Source of the DNA: Flectonema sp. DT1601
Taxonomy: Eukaryota
Assembly: GCA_964019425.1 (NCBI GenBank)
Contig: OZ025804.1
Coordinates: 806,001 to 870,000, forward strand
DNA length: 64,000 bases
Reading direction: 5' to 3'
The notes under the pieces are model-generated. The model worked only from the letters and a program-made list of their open reading frames with translations. It did no database searches and had not been told where the DNA came from. Both the position numbers and the translations under genes were made by a program. Shown one piece after another: positions 9,875 to 21,575 of this stretch (position 1 is the first letter of the stretch; the number at the start of each line of letters is the position of its first letter).

Positions 9875-12800
9875 ATGACTTCCTGGTCGGGGGTATTTCC
9901 CCATGAAATGCCAACCCGTCTACCAGAGCTTTATAACAGCAATAGGGGGTATAATGCTGTTCAATCAGTCAGTCCGAGTGTCGATATTGATGAAATGATT
10001 AGAATGATGAATCGAGAGGGAATCGAACTATGTGGAGCTAAGATGCTATCGGAAGCGGAAAATGTCTTGCTAAAAGCGTCGGAATTAGCAAAAGAAGTTA
10101 AAGATAAGCAACAACGACTAACTTTGATAAGCATAACTAATAACAATATAGGATACGTAATGAAGCTGAAGGGGTCATTGGATGCTGCAGCAGGCTATGT
10201 TGAATCTGCTTTGAAAATTGAATACCAATTAAATAAACCTTCAGCGTCAACGACCCTCAATCTAACTGCTGTTTTAAATGCTAAAGGTCTTTATAATAAG
10301 GCAAGAGACTTAGCTAAATTAACACTAGATCTACTCAATGAAGAGGAAGCCAATGGATCACCTGCATCAACTGAGTTGTGGGTCGCGGCATGGCATAACA
10401 TAGCAGTAGCACAGTTGCATGCGACTACTGGAGTTTTGAGTGCTGAAGTCGTGTGGAATCAGTTCGCGACAGGTCAGAAGATTGCTCTTAAAGGACTCGG
10501 TAAGAATCACCCTCTCACTAAGGCCATAACAGAATCATATAAATCAGCAAAAGCAAGTTGGTTGCGTACAAAACTTAATAAAGGAAAGCGACGAGAGGTA
10601 CCACAACAATCTAAAAACATCCCTCACAGATCCCCATCACTTCCTCGTAAGAAAAAGCTTGGCAACAGACCAATGTTCCCTTCAACAGTTCATTCACTAA
10701 ATCCTGAACCACCATCACGTCATAAAAATAATAAATCTCGTGCACCAAATCGACACCAACAACAGTCTCTTCAGAGTAGTTTAAATCCAACAGAAGCACT
10801 GCTAGAATACAGTGGCATTGATCCTTACAGCGGTATGCATGGTGGATGGGGTGCTGATGTTTCGGAAGCTTGGGTTCCTTCAACAAAAAAGAAATCTCCT
10901 GCTCCGCCAACTGTACCGCCGCCAGTGAAATCGCAGAGGAATGCGACTGTGAATGCAAAACCTCAACCGATTCAAAGACCGAAGAAGAATGAAATGAATG
11001 ATCATTCTGAGTTAGTTCAATTGAGAAAGAAGATTGAACACTTAGACACTCAACCACTACCTCCTTTGAGTGCACCTGTTGCTCAGGATATTGAAGCTCC
11101 TCAAGCTCCAAATGTACCTCGGCAAGCAGTGGCTCCAGAACCTGTTAACTTTACTGGTTTTGAAGACTGCAGTGGTATAGTTACTGTTCCTTCTTCATTG
11201 AATTGTGAATTAAGAAATGATGACTCTGCTTTGAGATTACTTGAAGAAGCTTCTCCATATGAAGGTACTCTCGGAGGTCTTTGGTTGTTAAAACAAGTCT
11301 GTGCCATGGACGAAGAAGAACCAGATTGTTCTTATATCGACTTGTTGATGGCTTCTCCGTCACATAGTCAAAACCGTCACAGTGATGAAGACATCGAAAA
11401 TGATGGTTTCCCTCGAACTACACAACAGCTCCTAAATTATTTACCTGACAGCAGTGAACATAGCGCTCTTAGATTTCTCGTTGACTGTGAAACAAATGAG
11501 GCGAATCAAATTCCTCGACGAAGACCAAATCAACTAAATAGCGTTATGTATTTATTAAACGCTGCTATGCTTGATGATGAGGACTATAACGGTCTGGCAA
11601 TGCTTACGAATTCTATAAGTGAAGTTGATTGTGGCATTCAATACTCTTCGTTCTTTAAGGATACTCAAAGTTCTAATACAGCCCAGTTGTTAGATATCCC
11701 TGGTCACAAGCTTGAGTATGTTACCTTTTTGTTTATTTTATTGAGGAGGGAGAATTCATTTTTTCCTTTCCCCCTTATTCACACCTCGTTCTGACTACTA
11801 TTTACAGAGTCACCGCAACTAGGCAAGGGAGTCGGTGCAGTCATCCTGACAAATCCCTAGTCAATGTGGTGTAGATTTCTTGTTTTGCCTCGCCTGAGTT
11901 GCTCTGTGAGTTGTTTTGTGGAAATATTGTTTAGAGTAAAGGTTCTGATCGAAGCCATGTTTGCTTTTTCCGACCCCATCTTAGCGGCAATCATGGTCAA
12001 TACGGTACCGAGATCTGAGTTGGCTTTCTAAACTTAGGCAAGTGAGTGAGTGTGTTGATTGTTACTTCTTGACAGACATCACCGCAACTAGGCAAGGGAG
12101 TCGGTGCAGTCATCCTGACAAATCCCTAGTCAATGTAGTGTAGATTTCTTGTTTTGCCTCAACTCGATAACTCGAACTGCTGTCATCTGCTGTTGCTGTC
12201 GCTCTCTCAGTGTTGTCTGTTTTTATTTCAGTGCCTTTAATATTTCATGATGATACAGAAATTACCAATAGATCTCGTTCGTATGAAAATATTTTTATTG
12301 ATTTCAAGTAATTTCGGCCTTCAAGCTGATCTTTGTGTTGCCATGTTCAGGAACACACTCTGTGAGGTTTACTGTGGAGAACATCTTTATTGATCACTAC
12401 AACTAGGCAAGGGAGTCGGTGCAGTCATCCTGACAAATCCCTAGTCAATGTGGTGTAGATTTCTTGTTTTGCCTCGCCTGAGTTGCTCTGTGAGTTGTTT
12501 TGTGGAAATATTGTTTAGAGTAAAGGTTCTGATCGAAGCCATGTTTGCTTTTTCCGACCCCATCTTAGCGGCAATCATGGTCAATACGGTACCGAGATCT
12601 GAGTTGGCTTTCTAAACTTAGGCAAGTGAGTGAGTGTGTTGATTGTTACTTCTTGACAGACATCACCGCAACTAGGCAAGGGAGTCGGTGCAGTCATCCT
12701 GACAAATCCCTAGTCAATGTGGTGTAGATTTCTTGTTTTGCCTCAACTCGATAACTCGAACTGCTGTCGTCTGCTGTTGCTGTCGCTCTCTCAGTGTTGT

Positions 12801-14478
12801 CTGTTTTTATTTCAGTGCCTTTAATATTTCATGATGATACAGAAATTACCAATAGATCTCGTTCGTATGAAAATATTTTTATTGATTTCAAGTAATTTCG
12901 GCCTTCAAGCTGATCTTTGTGTTGCCATGTTCAGGAACACACTCTGTGAGGTTCACTGTGGAGAACATCTTTATTGATCACTACAACTAGGCAAGGGAGT
13001 CGGTGCAGTCATCCTGACAAATCCCTAGTCAATGTGGTGTAGATTTCTTGTTTTGCCTCAACTCGATAACTCGAACTGCTGTCGTCTGCTGTTGCTGTCG
13101 CTCTCTCGGTGTTGTCTGTTTTTATTTCAGTGCCTTTAATATTTCATGATGATACAGAAATTACCAATAGATCTCGTTCGTATGAAAATATTTTTATTGA
13201 TTTCAAGTAATTTCGGCCTTCAAGCTGATCTTTGTGTTGCCATGTTCAGGAACACACTCTGTGAGGTTTACTGTGGAGAACATCTTTATTGATCACTACA
13301 ACTAGGCAAGGGAGTCGGTGCAGTCATCCTGACAAATCCCTAGTCAATGTGGTGTAGATTTCTTTTCGTGCCTCTCTGTATTTGAGGAAGAGAGTCACTA
13401 ACTCTGAAGTTCACTGTGGAGAACGTCTTTATTGATCACTACAACTAGGCAAGGGAGTCGGTGCAGTCATCCTGGCAAATCCCTAGTCAATGTGGTGTAG
13501 ATTTCTTGTTTTGCCTGAGTTGCTCTGTGAGTTGTTTTGTGGAAATATTGTTTGGAGTAAGGGTTCTGATCGAAGCCATGTTTGCTTTTTCCGACCCCAT
13601 CTTAGCGGCAATCATGGTCAATACGGTACCGAGATCTGAGTTGGCTTTCTAAACTTAGGCAAGTGAGTGAGTGTGTTGATTGTTACTTCTTGACAGACAT
13701 CACCGCAACTAGGCAAGGGAGTCGGTGCAGTCATCCTGACAAATCCCTAGTCAATGTGGTGTAGATTTCTTGTTTTGCCTCAACTCGATAACTCGAACTG
13801 CTGTCGTCTGCTGTTGCTGTCGCTCTCTCAGTGTCGTCTGTTTTTATTTCAGTGCCTTTAATATTTCATGATGATACAGAAATTACCAATAGATCTCGTT
13901 CGTATGAAAATATTTTTATTGATTTCAAGTAATTTCGGCCTTCAAGCTGATCTTTGTGTTGCCATGTTCAGGAACACACTCTGTGAGGTTTACTGTGGAG
14001 AACATCTTTATTGATCACTACAACTAGGCAAGGGAGTCGGTGCAGTCATCCTGACAAATCCCTAGTCAAATTAGTTTAGATTGGCATATTGCTCCCTGAT
14101 TCCGTGTACCAGAGCCTCGGTCTTTCCGGAACCCATTGCTGCCCACTTTTTGATATCTCTAGATGCAGATGGGTCGGACCTTCTGAGTTGCTACTTCGTC
14201 TTGTGCTGGAGGTACTGCTCCCCCTACTGGCCCTTGCTGAGTCGTAGTAGACCTCTTCTTCAGACCCTCTAATTCCTTCATGATACTTTGTATTACGGCT
14301 GTCTGTTGTTGCTGATCAACCTGCTCCGTCCGACGATCTCTTTTCCTTGAAATATTTACTTGATCGTATTGGGCTTTGAACTGCTTTCTTCGTTCTATGT
14401 GTTTATAACTTCAAATTAACGAAAAACTAAAACAGGGCTCTTCACTTAGTTTGCATGTCTTCAATACTTGAACCGTAA
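9875..14478 (+). CDS. TPR-containing protein; proposed exons 9875-11715 and 14436-14478 (intron hosts snoRNA array 1)
   Basis: TPR-like helices at N-terminus (ITNNNIGYVMKLKGSLDAAAGYVESAL). GTATGT donor at 11716; A-rich acceptor AACTAAAACAG ending 14435 gives in-frame ...KLEALHLVCMSSILEP*. An alternative acceptor at 11807 is possible. Confidence 0.6.
11811..11878 (+). ncRNA. Single-hairpin box AGA (H/ACA-like) RNA H1, representative copy
   Basis: Basal stem CACCGCA (or CACTACA)/TGTGGTG, internal loop, upper stem GGGA..GTC/GAC..TCCC, then T-AGA-TTT at the 3' end; about 68 nt. Confidence 0.72.
11941..12016 (+). ncRNA. Single-hairpin box AGA snoRNA H2, predicted pseudouridine guide for LSU peptidyl-transferase loop
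   Basis: Stem GGTTCTG/CGGTACC then G-AGA-TCT. Pocket strands ATCGAAG and TCAA are complementary to rRNA UUGA-(UC)-CUUCGAU; upper stem CCATG/CATGG. Confidence 0.85.
12242..12334 (+). ncRNA. Double-guide box C/D snoRNA, representative copy
   Basis: C box ATGATGA 12247-12253, D' ATGA preceded by ATCTCGTTCGT (antisense to SSU ACGAACGAGA), D box CTGA 12326-12329 preceded by TTCGGCCTTCAAG (antisense to LSU UUGAAGGCCGAA). Confidence 0.88.
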
Positions 14479-15475
14479 TCTCTGTTACTCAAGTGAAACT
14501 TTTGTTAGTAATGATTCGGTTTGCTTATTATGGTGCGGCAGTCTGATTTCTTCAAGACATTTATTATTTGTTTCATTCCTTTCTTAGCTCTTTGCTACCG
14601 CAATTGCGCTGGGAAAGTAAAAGTTTTGTGTTCCTCATTTCAGTGGATTAGTTCTACTGGTGTTGGATGGTTTTTGTTTTGTTGATCATTTTGTTTATCT
14701 GTTTGGTGTGGTCAAGAATCTATTAACACACTTCACCAAATCAACTAGTCTTTGAATTGTGTCCATCATTGTGACTGTATTGTATGTCTGTAGTCTACTG
14801 TTAGTCATCTTTGGTTGGTTTCTTTATTTTATTGTTTTGCGAACATTACTTTTTTGTTTTTAAAAACCCCCTTGAGAAGGTTTCAACAATTTGCTGAATT
14901 ATTTTGACATCCTTCTCAAGAATCAATCTAATTGTTGTTAACAGAATATGACTTTGAGAGTATAAATAGACCTTCGCATCTTAGGCACTGCCGTGACTTC
15001 AGATCTCGCTCTCTTATGGTTATTACACAACTGTTATTACCATATCTTGCTTTTAATTGGAGCTAGCCCGTTTCTCATACATTCGTTTTGCTTTTTATTT
15101 TTTATTTTTTATTTTTTTTATATTATTATTTTTTGTTTCTTATTGACCTGGTTTCTTGTTGAGGATGCGATGCCGTATCTATTTCAGTTTCTTAGAGAGG
15201 TACTTTATTCTTGTTCTTAACACTGTTTTTTAGTTTTACGGTAACAATGACCATTTGAATGAAAAGTCTCTTGACCCGTTGATTTGATGACTATCTGGCC
15301 TCTACTGCCTGTGGGCTAAATTGCTTCGAAGGCTGCATTCTCTTCCTCGGCGACATGGAAGCGTTCCAACTGCACCAGCTGATTAGAATACTCGGTATTG
15401 ATTTAGATTGTGATTTAAGTTATCTGTTATTGTAGTTTACTCATTCAGGTACACAATAATAATAAAAATAAAAAT

Positions 15476-16939
15476 ATGGAGCTTGGCAAGGTAGTGTTTT
15501 TAATAATAGTAAATGTTTCCTTGTTAGTATGCTGGACAACATTCTCAAATGCTGGTTGCGTCACAGTAGTGGTTAAGAGAAATGCAAATGAAGCATTACT
15601 TCTAAAGACTCTGACTCAACAAAAGGATCCTGTGGTCCACTACTCCATACCTCAGGCAACAGTAATTAGAAAAGATAGTTCTGGTCAGGAAGTAGTGTTC
15701 TACAAGTATCAAGAAAAGCAATGTCTCGGAGGTACTGATCTGGACCCCGTCGATTCTCTGGAAGAAGCGTTTGAGATGTGTGCGAAGAAGAAAGTCTGCC
15801 AATCGATTAGTTGTCATAACATCACCTCTTGTAGGATCACATCTCCGTCATGTATTTTACAGACATCAGAGAAGGATAAGTATTACGCTTATGTTATTAT
15901 TGCTAGAACTCCTAATAGGCTTCACTTGTATGAGAAACTTCTTCAAGACCTTCCTCCTACTGAGGTCTTGAAGAACCAAACTGGTCGTCGTTTAGCATCT
16001 GGTGAAAAACACGTGAAGAACATAACGTGGAATCCTCAAAGCAGTGTTTGGCAGAATGGAAACTTTCAGCGGAATTATTCGGAACTTCCTTACGTTGAAG
16101 TGACGAGATTGGATCACTTCACAATGGGACCACTTGTTAGCGTAGACCCGATTCATAAAATTATCTTTTTCAGAATGCCGAAGGTTCAGTCCTCAAATAT
16201 TTACAGATTATACGACAGACTTGTTGGTCACACGGACATTATTAATGATGAAAATGGTCATATTTGGATGCATGAACGGTTCAGAGAGAATGATCCCCAC
16301 CGTGAGCGCATATCATTCAAAGATTTAGACAAGGATATGTGTAATCGTATTATGAATGACCCTTCTTATAGAAAAGTTGTGTTTTTCAGAGATCCTGTTG
16401 ATCGTGTTGTCTCTTGCTACCTCGATAAGTTCAAGCGTCGTCATTATTCGACCTTCTTTGGTCAAGAAGAGGGCACGACGACCTTCAGTGAGCTTATGAG
16501 CTACATTGATACAGATGGTCCTCCACCATACGGAGTTGGCCCTGGAGTGAATTATCACTATCAAGCTCAGGTACTTACTTCGAATTTGTTCAAATTTCTC
16601 CCTCTCTTCGACTTCATCGGTTGGGGGAATAATGCTCACACGAAACTGATGTTAGAGAAGTATGGTCTGTGGGATGACTTTGGTAAGAAGACTTGGCCTC
16701 ATGGCTTTATGAGATCGGGAGACAATCACTCCACTGGATCTAAAGATAAGAAAGCAACGTACCTTAACGATTCGACAATTAAAATAGCAAAACATGCTTA
16801 CGATATTGATTATCATTTCTTTCGTCACATCGGACTTGAGAAAGGAGGTCCCCCTGTTGATGGCAGTCGTTTGGTTCCATTCTTCTCTCATTGTAATAAT
16901 AAGAATAAAGTCTGTTGGCCTGCTTATCCTGACGCTTAA
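15476..16939 (+). CDS. Golgi-type carbohydrate sulfotransferase (Sulfotransfer_2 family)
   Basis: N-terminal TM anchor; 5'-PSB motif MPKVQSSN; 3'-PB motif FRDPVDRVVSCY. Confidence 0.85.
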   Translation: MELGKVVFLIIVNVSLLVCWTTFSNAGCVTVVVKRNANEALLLKTLTQQKDPVVHYSIPQATVIRKDSSGQEVVFYKYQEKQCLGGTDLDPVDSLEEAFEMCAKKKVCQSISCHNITSCRITSPSCILQTSEKDKYYAYVIIARTPNRLHLYEKLLQDLPPTEVLKNQTGRRLASGEKHVKNITWNPQSSVWQNGNFQRNYSELPYVEVTRLDHFTMGPLVSVDPIHKIIFFRMPKVQSSNIYRLYDRLVGHTDIINDENGHIWMHERFRENDPHRERISFKDLDKDMCNRIMNDPSYRKVVFFRDPVDRVVSCYLDKFKRRHYSTFFGQEEGTTTFSELMSYIDTDGPPPYGVGPGVNYHYQAQVLTSNLFKFLPLFDFIGWGNNAHTKLMLEKYGLWDDFGKKTWPHGFMRSGDNHSTGSKDKKATYLNDSTIKIAKHAYDIDYHFFRHIGLEKGGPPVDGSRLVPFFSHCNNKNKVCWPAYPDA

Positions 16940-17617
16940 AATAATGTGTTAACGCATCCGACTCACTCTACGTAAAGAGTCGACCTGCAAGTGGGAGCTT
17001 TCTAGTTACACCCCCTAGAGTTCTCCACTTGTGTACTCGGCTTCGTAAGTAGGAGACGGTGTTCCCTGTCGAGTGATGTCAGGGCGTTGACCCCCCTGGA
17101 CATAGTGCTGTGTAATATCAAATTACTTCATGCGAATTATATCATTTTGTTAACAACTTGAATCGCATTCCCCTGCTGCTTACTTTTTTAATTCCCCTCT
17201 CCTCCTTTTTGTTTTTCTCCCAATTATTTACTCATAGTAGTGTTATTGGCTGCGTGAGTGACAGATCACAAGGTGAAGCTTTCTTTTTTTGGGAGCCTCC
17301 GTTAGTATTCTATCACGCATACAGCGCCAACAATACTCGTTTCTTGTTCTCTTGTTCCTCTCTTATTAATATTTTTAATTAGTTTGTAAGACTTAAGTAA
17401 CCAAAAATAATAATTACACTGTTAATGTGTATTTGGAAAAATAATAATAACAGTAATTTCTTTTTTTTTTTTTTTTTTTTTTTTCAGTGACTTATCACAT
17501 AGAATTCTATATACACGATTGGTTAGTGAGAAAAACCTCTAATAATATTATTATAATTTTTTTATGATGGTAATGAATAAAAATATCTTTCTTAAACAGG
17601 TCTATTTAGCTGGTTCA

Positions 17618-18448
17618 ATGTCAGTCCTCAGAAAGGTAAAATGTAACTCTCGTGAAGTTGAGAGATTCTTTGATACGCTCATGAAGTATAAAACAGAACC
17701 AGATGAGAGCAGCACAAGAATGATATCAATTGTGAAAAATAAATGCCCAGAACTCTTCGTTAGGGAAACTTCAGAGACTAAACGGAATATCAGGATATGT
17801 GACGTTGGTTGCGGAGATGGATCAGTTTTAAGAGATATACAAACTACGTCTCCACACGACCTCCAATTGGAGGGGGTCGATATAAGTGGTAGAGCAATAG
17901 ACTACTGTAGAGAACACAGCAATGGTGATTTAGTATTTCACCATGCGGATATTTGTCCATTTGAACTTCATGATCAAGAAACCCTCTTTGATAAAGACAC
18001 TGTAGAACATTGCAAACCTGAACTAAACCCTGAAGCAATACTCCATTGGGGAACATTTGATTATGTTTTATCACTCGACACGATGTTCTTAATGCCTGAT
18101 GTGTATGAAGCAATGAGTCAACATTGTCGCTTATTATCTGAAGGAGGAAAACTTATAATTTGCTTATCAGTCTTTACCGAAAGTAATTCAACCCTAGAAA
18201 ACCTCACTAATCACAAAGGGGTTTCTGAGAAGTTCATTCAAGAATACCTAAGCATACATACTTGGAAATCAATTATAAGAGGAGCTGGTCTTCATCTTGA
18301 TGATGTCGCTATTAAAGTCATATCAGGTAATGAATATCTCACCTTTATTACTAGCCTGAAACCCGTAACACCTATACCAACACCATCCGACACACTCGGG
18401 AAGAACTACCCGAGTGCAAGGCCTCTCAATTCGATACTGACTGCGTAG
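17618..18448 (+). CDS. Class I SAM-dependent methyltransferase
   Basis: Motif I ICDVGCGDG, GVDIS, FDYVLS, RLLSEGGKL; start uncertain (17564 or 17618). Confidence 0.85.
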   Translation: MSVLRKVKCNSREVERFFDTLMKYKTEPDESSTRMISIVKNKCPELFVRETSETKRNIRICDVGCGDGSVLRDIQTTSPHDLQLEGVDISGRAIDYCREHSNGDLVFHHADICPFELHDQETLFDKDTVEHCKPELNPEAILHWGTFDYVLSLDTMFLMPDVYEAMSQHCRLLSEGGKLIICLSVFTESNSTLENLTNHKGVSEKFIQEYLSIHTWKSIIRGAGLHLDDVAIKVISGNEYLTFITSLKPVTPIPTPSDTLGKNYPSARPLNSILTA

Positions 18449-18652
18449 ATAGTACTGGAGGGCAGTTTTTGAAGTGTTAGTGATTCAAGGTGTCTACAAA
18501 AAAAAAATATTTAATTTTTTTTTTTCTCTCTCCTCTCTCTTCGACAGCACACATAACTCACAATGAGATGTAAAAATTTCTTTTTTTGAAAAAAAAATAA
18601 TTTTAAGTTAATGAAATAACTTTGGATTTAATTTATTTTTTTCAGGTAGGAG

Positions 18653-21477
18653 ATGCGGCTGCGAGGCCGAAGATGGTCGCGCACCTGGCTTCGGTCACTT
18701 GGTCGACAGGTAGGACTTCGGCTGTCATGGGCGACATGCTTTGTGATACTGTGGATGTTCGTATCAAAGGCACAAGCTAGTACATCTGATGAGATCGTTG
18801 AAGCACTACCACCAACTGACATGACAAGAAAGATAACAAAGTTCTCAGGAGGTAAACTATTAATAGAATACTATCCAAAAGATCACGCGGTCTGCAATAG
18901 CTGGATACTCGTACCTGCTGAAAATATCTGGCCAATGGGGTTACGTATTGTACTCTACTTCACTGGATTGGTATACGTGTTTCTAGGTGTCGCAATTATC
19001 AGTGATATATTCATGTCTGGAATAGAGAAAATTACATCTGCTAAGGAAAGAGTAAAAGTTGATTCTGAGACTGGAGAGAAAAAAGTAGTTGTGGTGGAAG
19101 TATGGAATGAAACTGTAGCGAACTTAACGTTGTTAGCTCTTGGTTCTTCAGCTCCAGAAATACTACTGTCAGTTATTGAAACACTAAGCACTCTGGATAG
19201 CACTCCTGGTGAGTTGGGCCCATCGACTATTGTTGGTTCAGCAGCCTTTAACTTACTTTGTATATCTGCTGTTTGCATGTATGTTTCTGAAGAAGTTAAA
19301 AAAGTAAAGGAATTCGGAGTATTTGTTATCACAACGGTTGCCTCATTCTTTGCTTACGTATGGATGATAATAGTTTTATTGATTACTTCAGAATGTGAAG
19401 TCACAATAGCGGAGGGGATCGCAACCTTATTGTTCTTTCCTTCTTTAGTTCTCATTGCGTGGTTACAAGACAAAAGTTGGTTCTGTTTTAGATCAACTGT
19501 AGAACAACGAATCCTTTCAGTTGATGTTCCCGGTGCGAGCAGTCAACAACAAGTCCAAGAAATTTGGAAAAAAATAAAGAAAGACAAACAGTCTTCTCAT
19601 TTGAACGATGCTGAAGCAGAAGCAAAACTTGCAATCATGGCAGACAAGGAAATCAAATCTGGTAAGTTTGGTAGAGCCGTCTATAGAATGAACGCAGTTA
19701 GACAAGCTGTAACGAAAGCAAAGAGATTATTACCATCCAGGAAAGATCATCAGGAGCCAAGCCAATCCATTGAGAATACTGGACCACAAACAACAGCTTG
19801 GGGGAACAGCGCCATGCCAAACAGTAAAACAGCTCCTCGAAAAGACAACAGTCTCATGGCTGAATTATCTCCTGTGACTAGCAGTAATGTTAAAGGAATC
19901 TTACAATGGTCTTCTTCATCTTATACTGTTTTAGAGAATGAAGGACACGTTAGACTGACAATTAAAAGATACTCTGGTTCTGAAGACACTGTCACTGTAA
20001 AATACATGACTCAAGACGGTACTGCTGTATCAGGTCTTAGATACGATTCATGTTCTGGTCATATCGTTTTAGAGAAAGGAGAAGTAGTTCAACACGTTTT
20101 GATTCCAATAATCGATGATAAACAGTACCAAGATAATGAGATATTTTATGTGATCTTACAAGAGGCTGGAGGTGGTGCAGAGTTAGGACCACTCGTCAAA
20201 GCAGCTGTCACAATCATTGACGATGATCAGCCTGGCGACATCGAATTCTCAGAAATAGCACATAAACTACAATCATCAACTATTGATAATAACAAATTAA
20301 GAATAACAGTTCCAGAATCAAGAGGTTTCGTTGCACTTGATATTTCTCGTAAGTCTGGTTCAGATGGTAAGGTCTCAGTTGTACTTAAAACTGCAAGCAA
20401 TTCAAGTGCAATACCAGGAACTGACTACACTCCATTGGAAACAGTACTCGATTTTGATCACACGGAGACGTCAAAATTCATTAAAATAGAACTCAACGAC
20501 CAAATGGAATATCAAAAACTAAAAACATTTACGGTCGAGTTACAACAACCTCTTGGGGGTTGCTCAATTGGTGCAGTTTCTGAAGCAATCATCACCATCG
20601 TTGAAGACGAAGCCGTGAAGTTACTCATTGATAAGGTGGTCACAATGAACGATGAAAAAAATGGAAAAATTAGAGAAAAAATCGAAACAAAATCCTGGGG
20701 ACAACAAATCAAAGACGCTATGACTTTGGAAGAAGAAGACGAAGAACTGACTTTTTCTGACTACGCAATGCACTTTTTGACTATGCTGTGGAAGATAATA
20801 TTTTCAACAGTTCCTCCAACGTGCTATGCTGGTGGATGGGCTACGTTTGCAGTGGCATTAATGTACATCGCGTTAGTTACTGCGTTGGTTGCTGAGTTGG
20901 CATCACTATTTGGTTGTGTTGTTGGTCTTGAAGACTCAGTTACTGCAATCACCTTCGTAGCTCTCGGCACATCTCTCCCAGACACTTTCGCTTCGAAAAC
21001 TGCTATCGAAGAAGAGGAGTTCGCCGATGCAGCAATTGGTAACGTCATGGGATCTAACTCTGTAAACGTGTTCCTCGGCCTTGGTCTCCCTTGGACCATT
21101 GCCTCGATATACAAAGAAGTTAAGGGAGAAACTTATTTCTATCCTTCTGCAGGGTTAGTCTTTTCTGTTATTATCTTCCTCATCTGTGCTGTTTGCGGTG
21201 TTTGTGTCCTTCTTATTAATAAAAGACTCTACGGAGGTGAATTGGGAGGTCCAATGCGCCGGCCATTCGCAGCCGTCCTGTTCTGCCTGTGGGTATGAAT
21301 TTATTTTATTAGGAGTGGGTTTCAAAATAAAAATATCGACAACAACAACAACAACCACAGCTCGTGTATATTATTTTGGTATCCATCAATTCTGGAAGCG
21401 CTGATTTATCTTCGGCCTTTGCGGAAGACAAATGTTCAACACCAAAGACTGCACTCACCACCACAGCTCCACTGTAG
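18653..21477 (+). CDS. NCX: Na+/Ca2+ exchanger (NCX/SLC8) with two Calx-beta domains; exons 18653-21292, 21361-21477
   Basis: Alpha-1 LLALGSSAPE and alpha-2 ALGTSLPDTFAS...GSNSVNVFLG repeats; Calx-beta (VTIIDDD). The intron 21293-21360 joins CLW to LVYIILVS. Confidence 0.93.
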
Positions 21478-21575
21478 TACGAGATGTGTAGATGTATGTT
21501 TTCATTTATTTTAATAAAAGAAAACATTTCACTGACTCCATTCCAATCATTTTTTGTTTTTTCTTTTAAAGCTAA

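Larger units (their letters stand above)
11811..14069 (+). ncRNA. snoRNA cluster/array 1: 9 copies AGA-hairpin H1 (last truncated), 3 copies AGA-hairpin H2, 4 copies box C/D RNA
   Basis: H1 starts 11811, 12080, 12395, 12664, 12979, 13294, 13437, 13701, 14016. H2 starts 11941, 12525, 13562. C boxes (ATGATGA) at 12247, 12831, 13146, 13868. Confidence 0.85.

Noticed and set aside
13461..13652. Short ORFs overlapping the arrays (also 21484-21666)
   Set aside because: The frame is not preserved among repeat copies, and the sequence is better explained as H1/H2 RNA.
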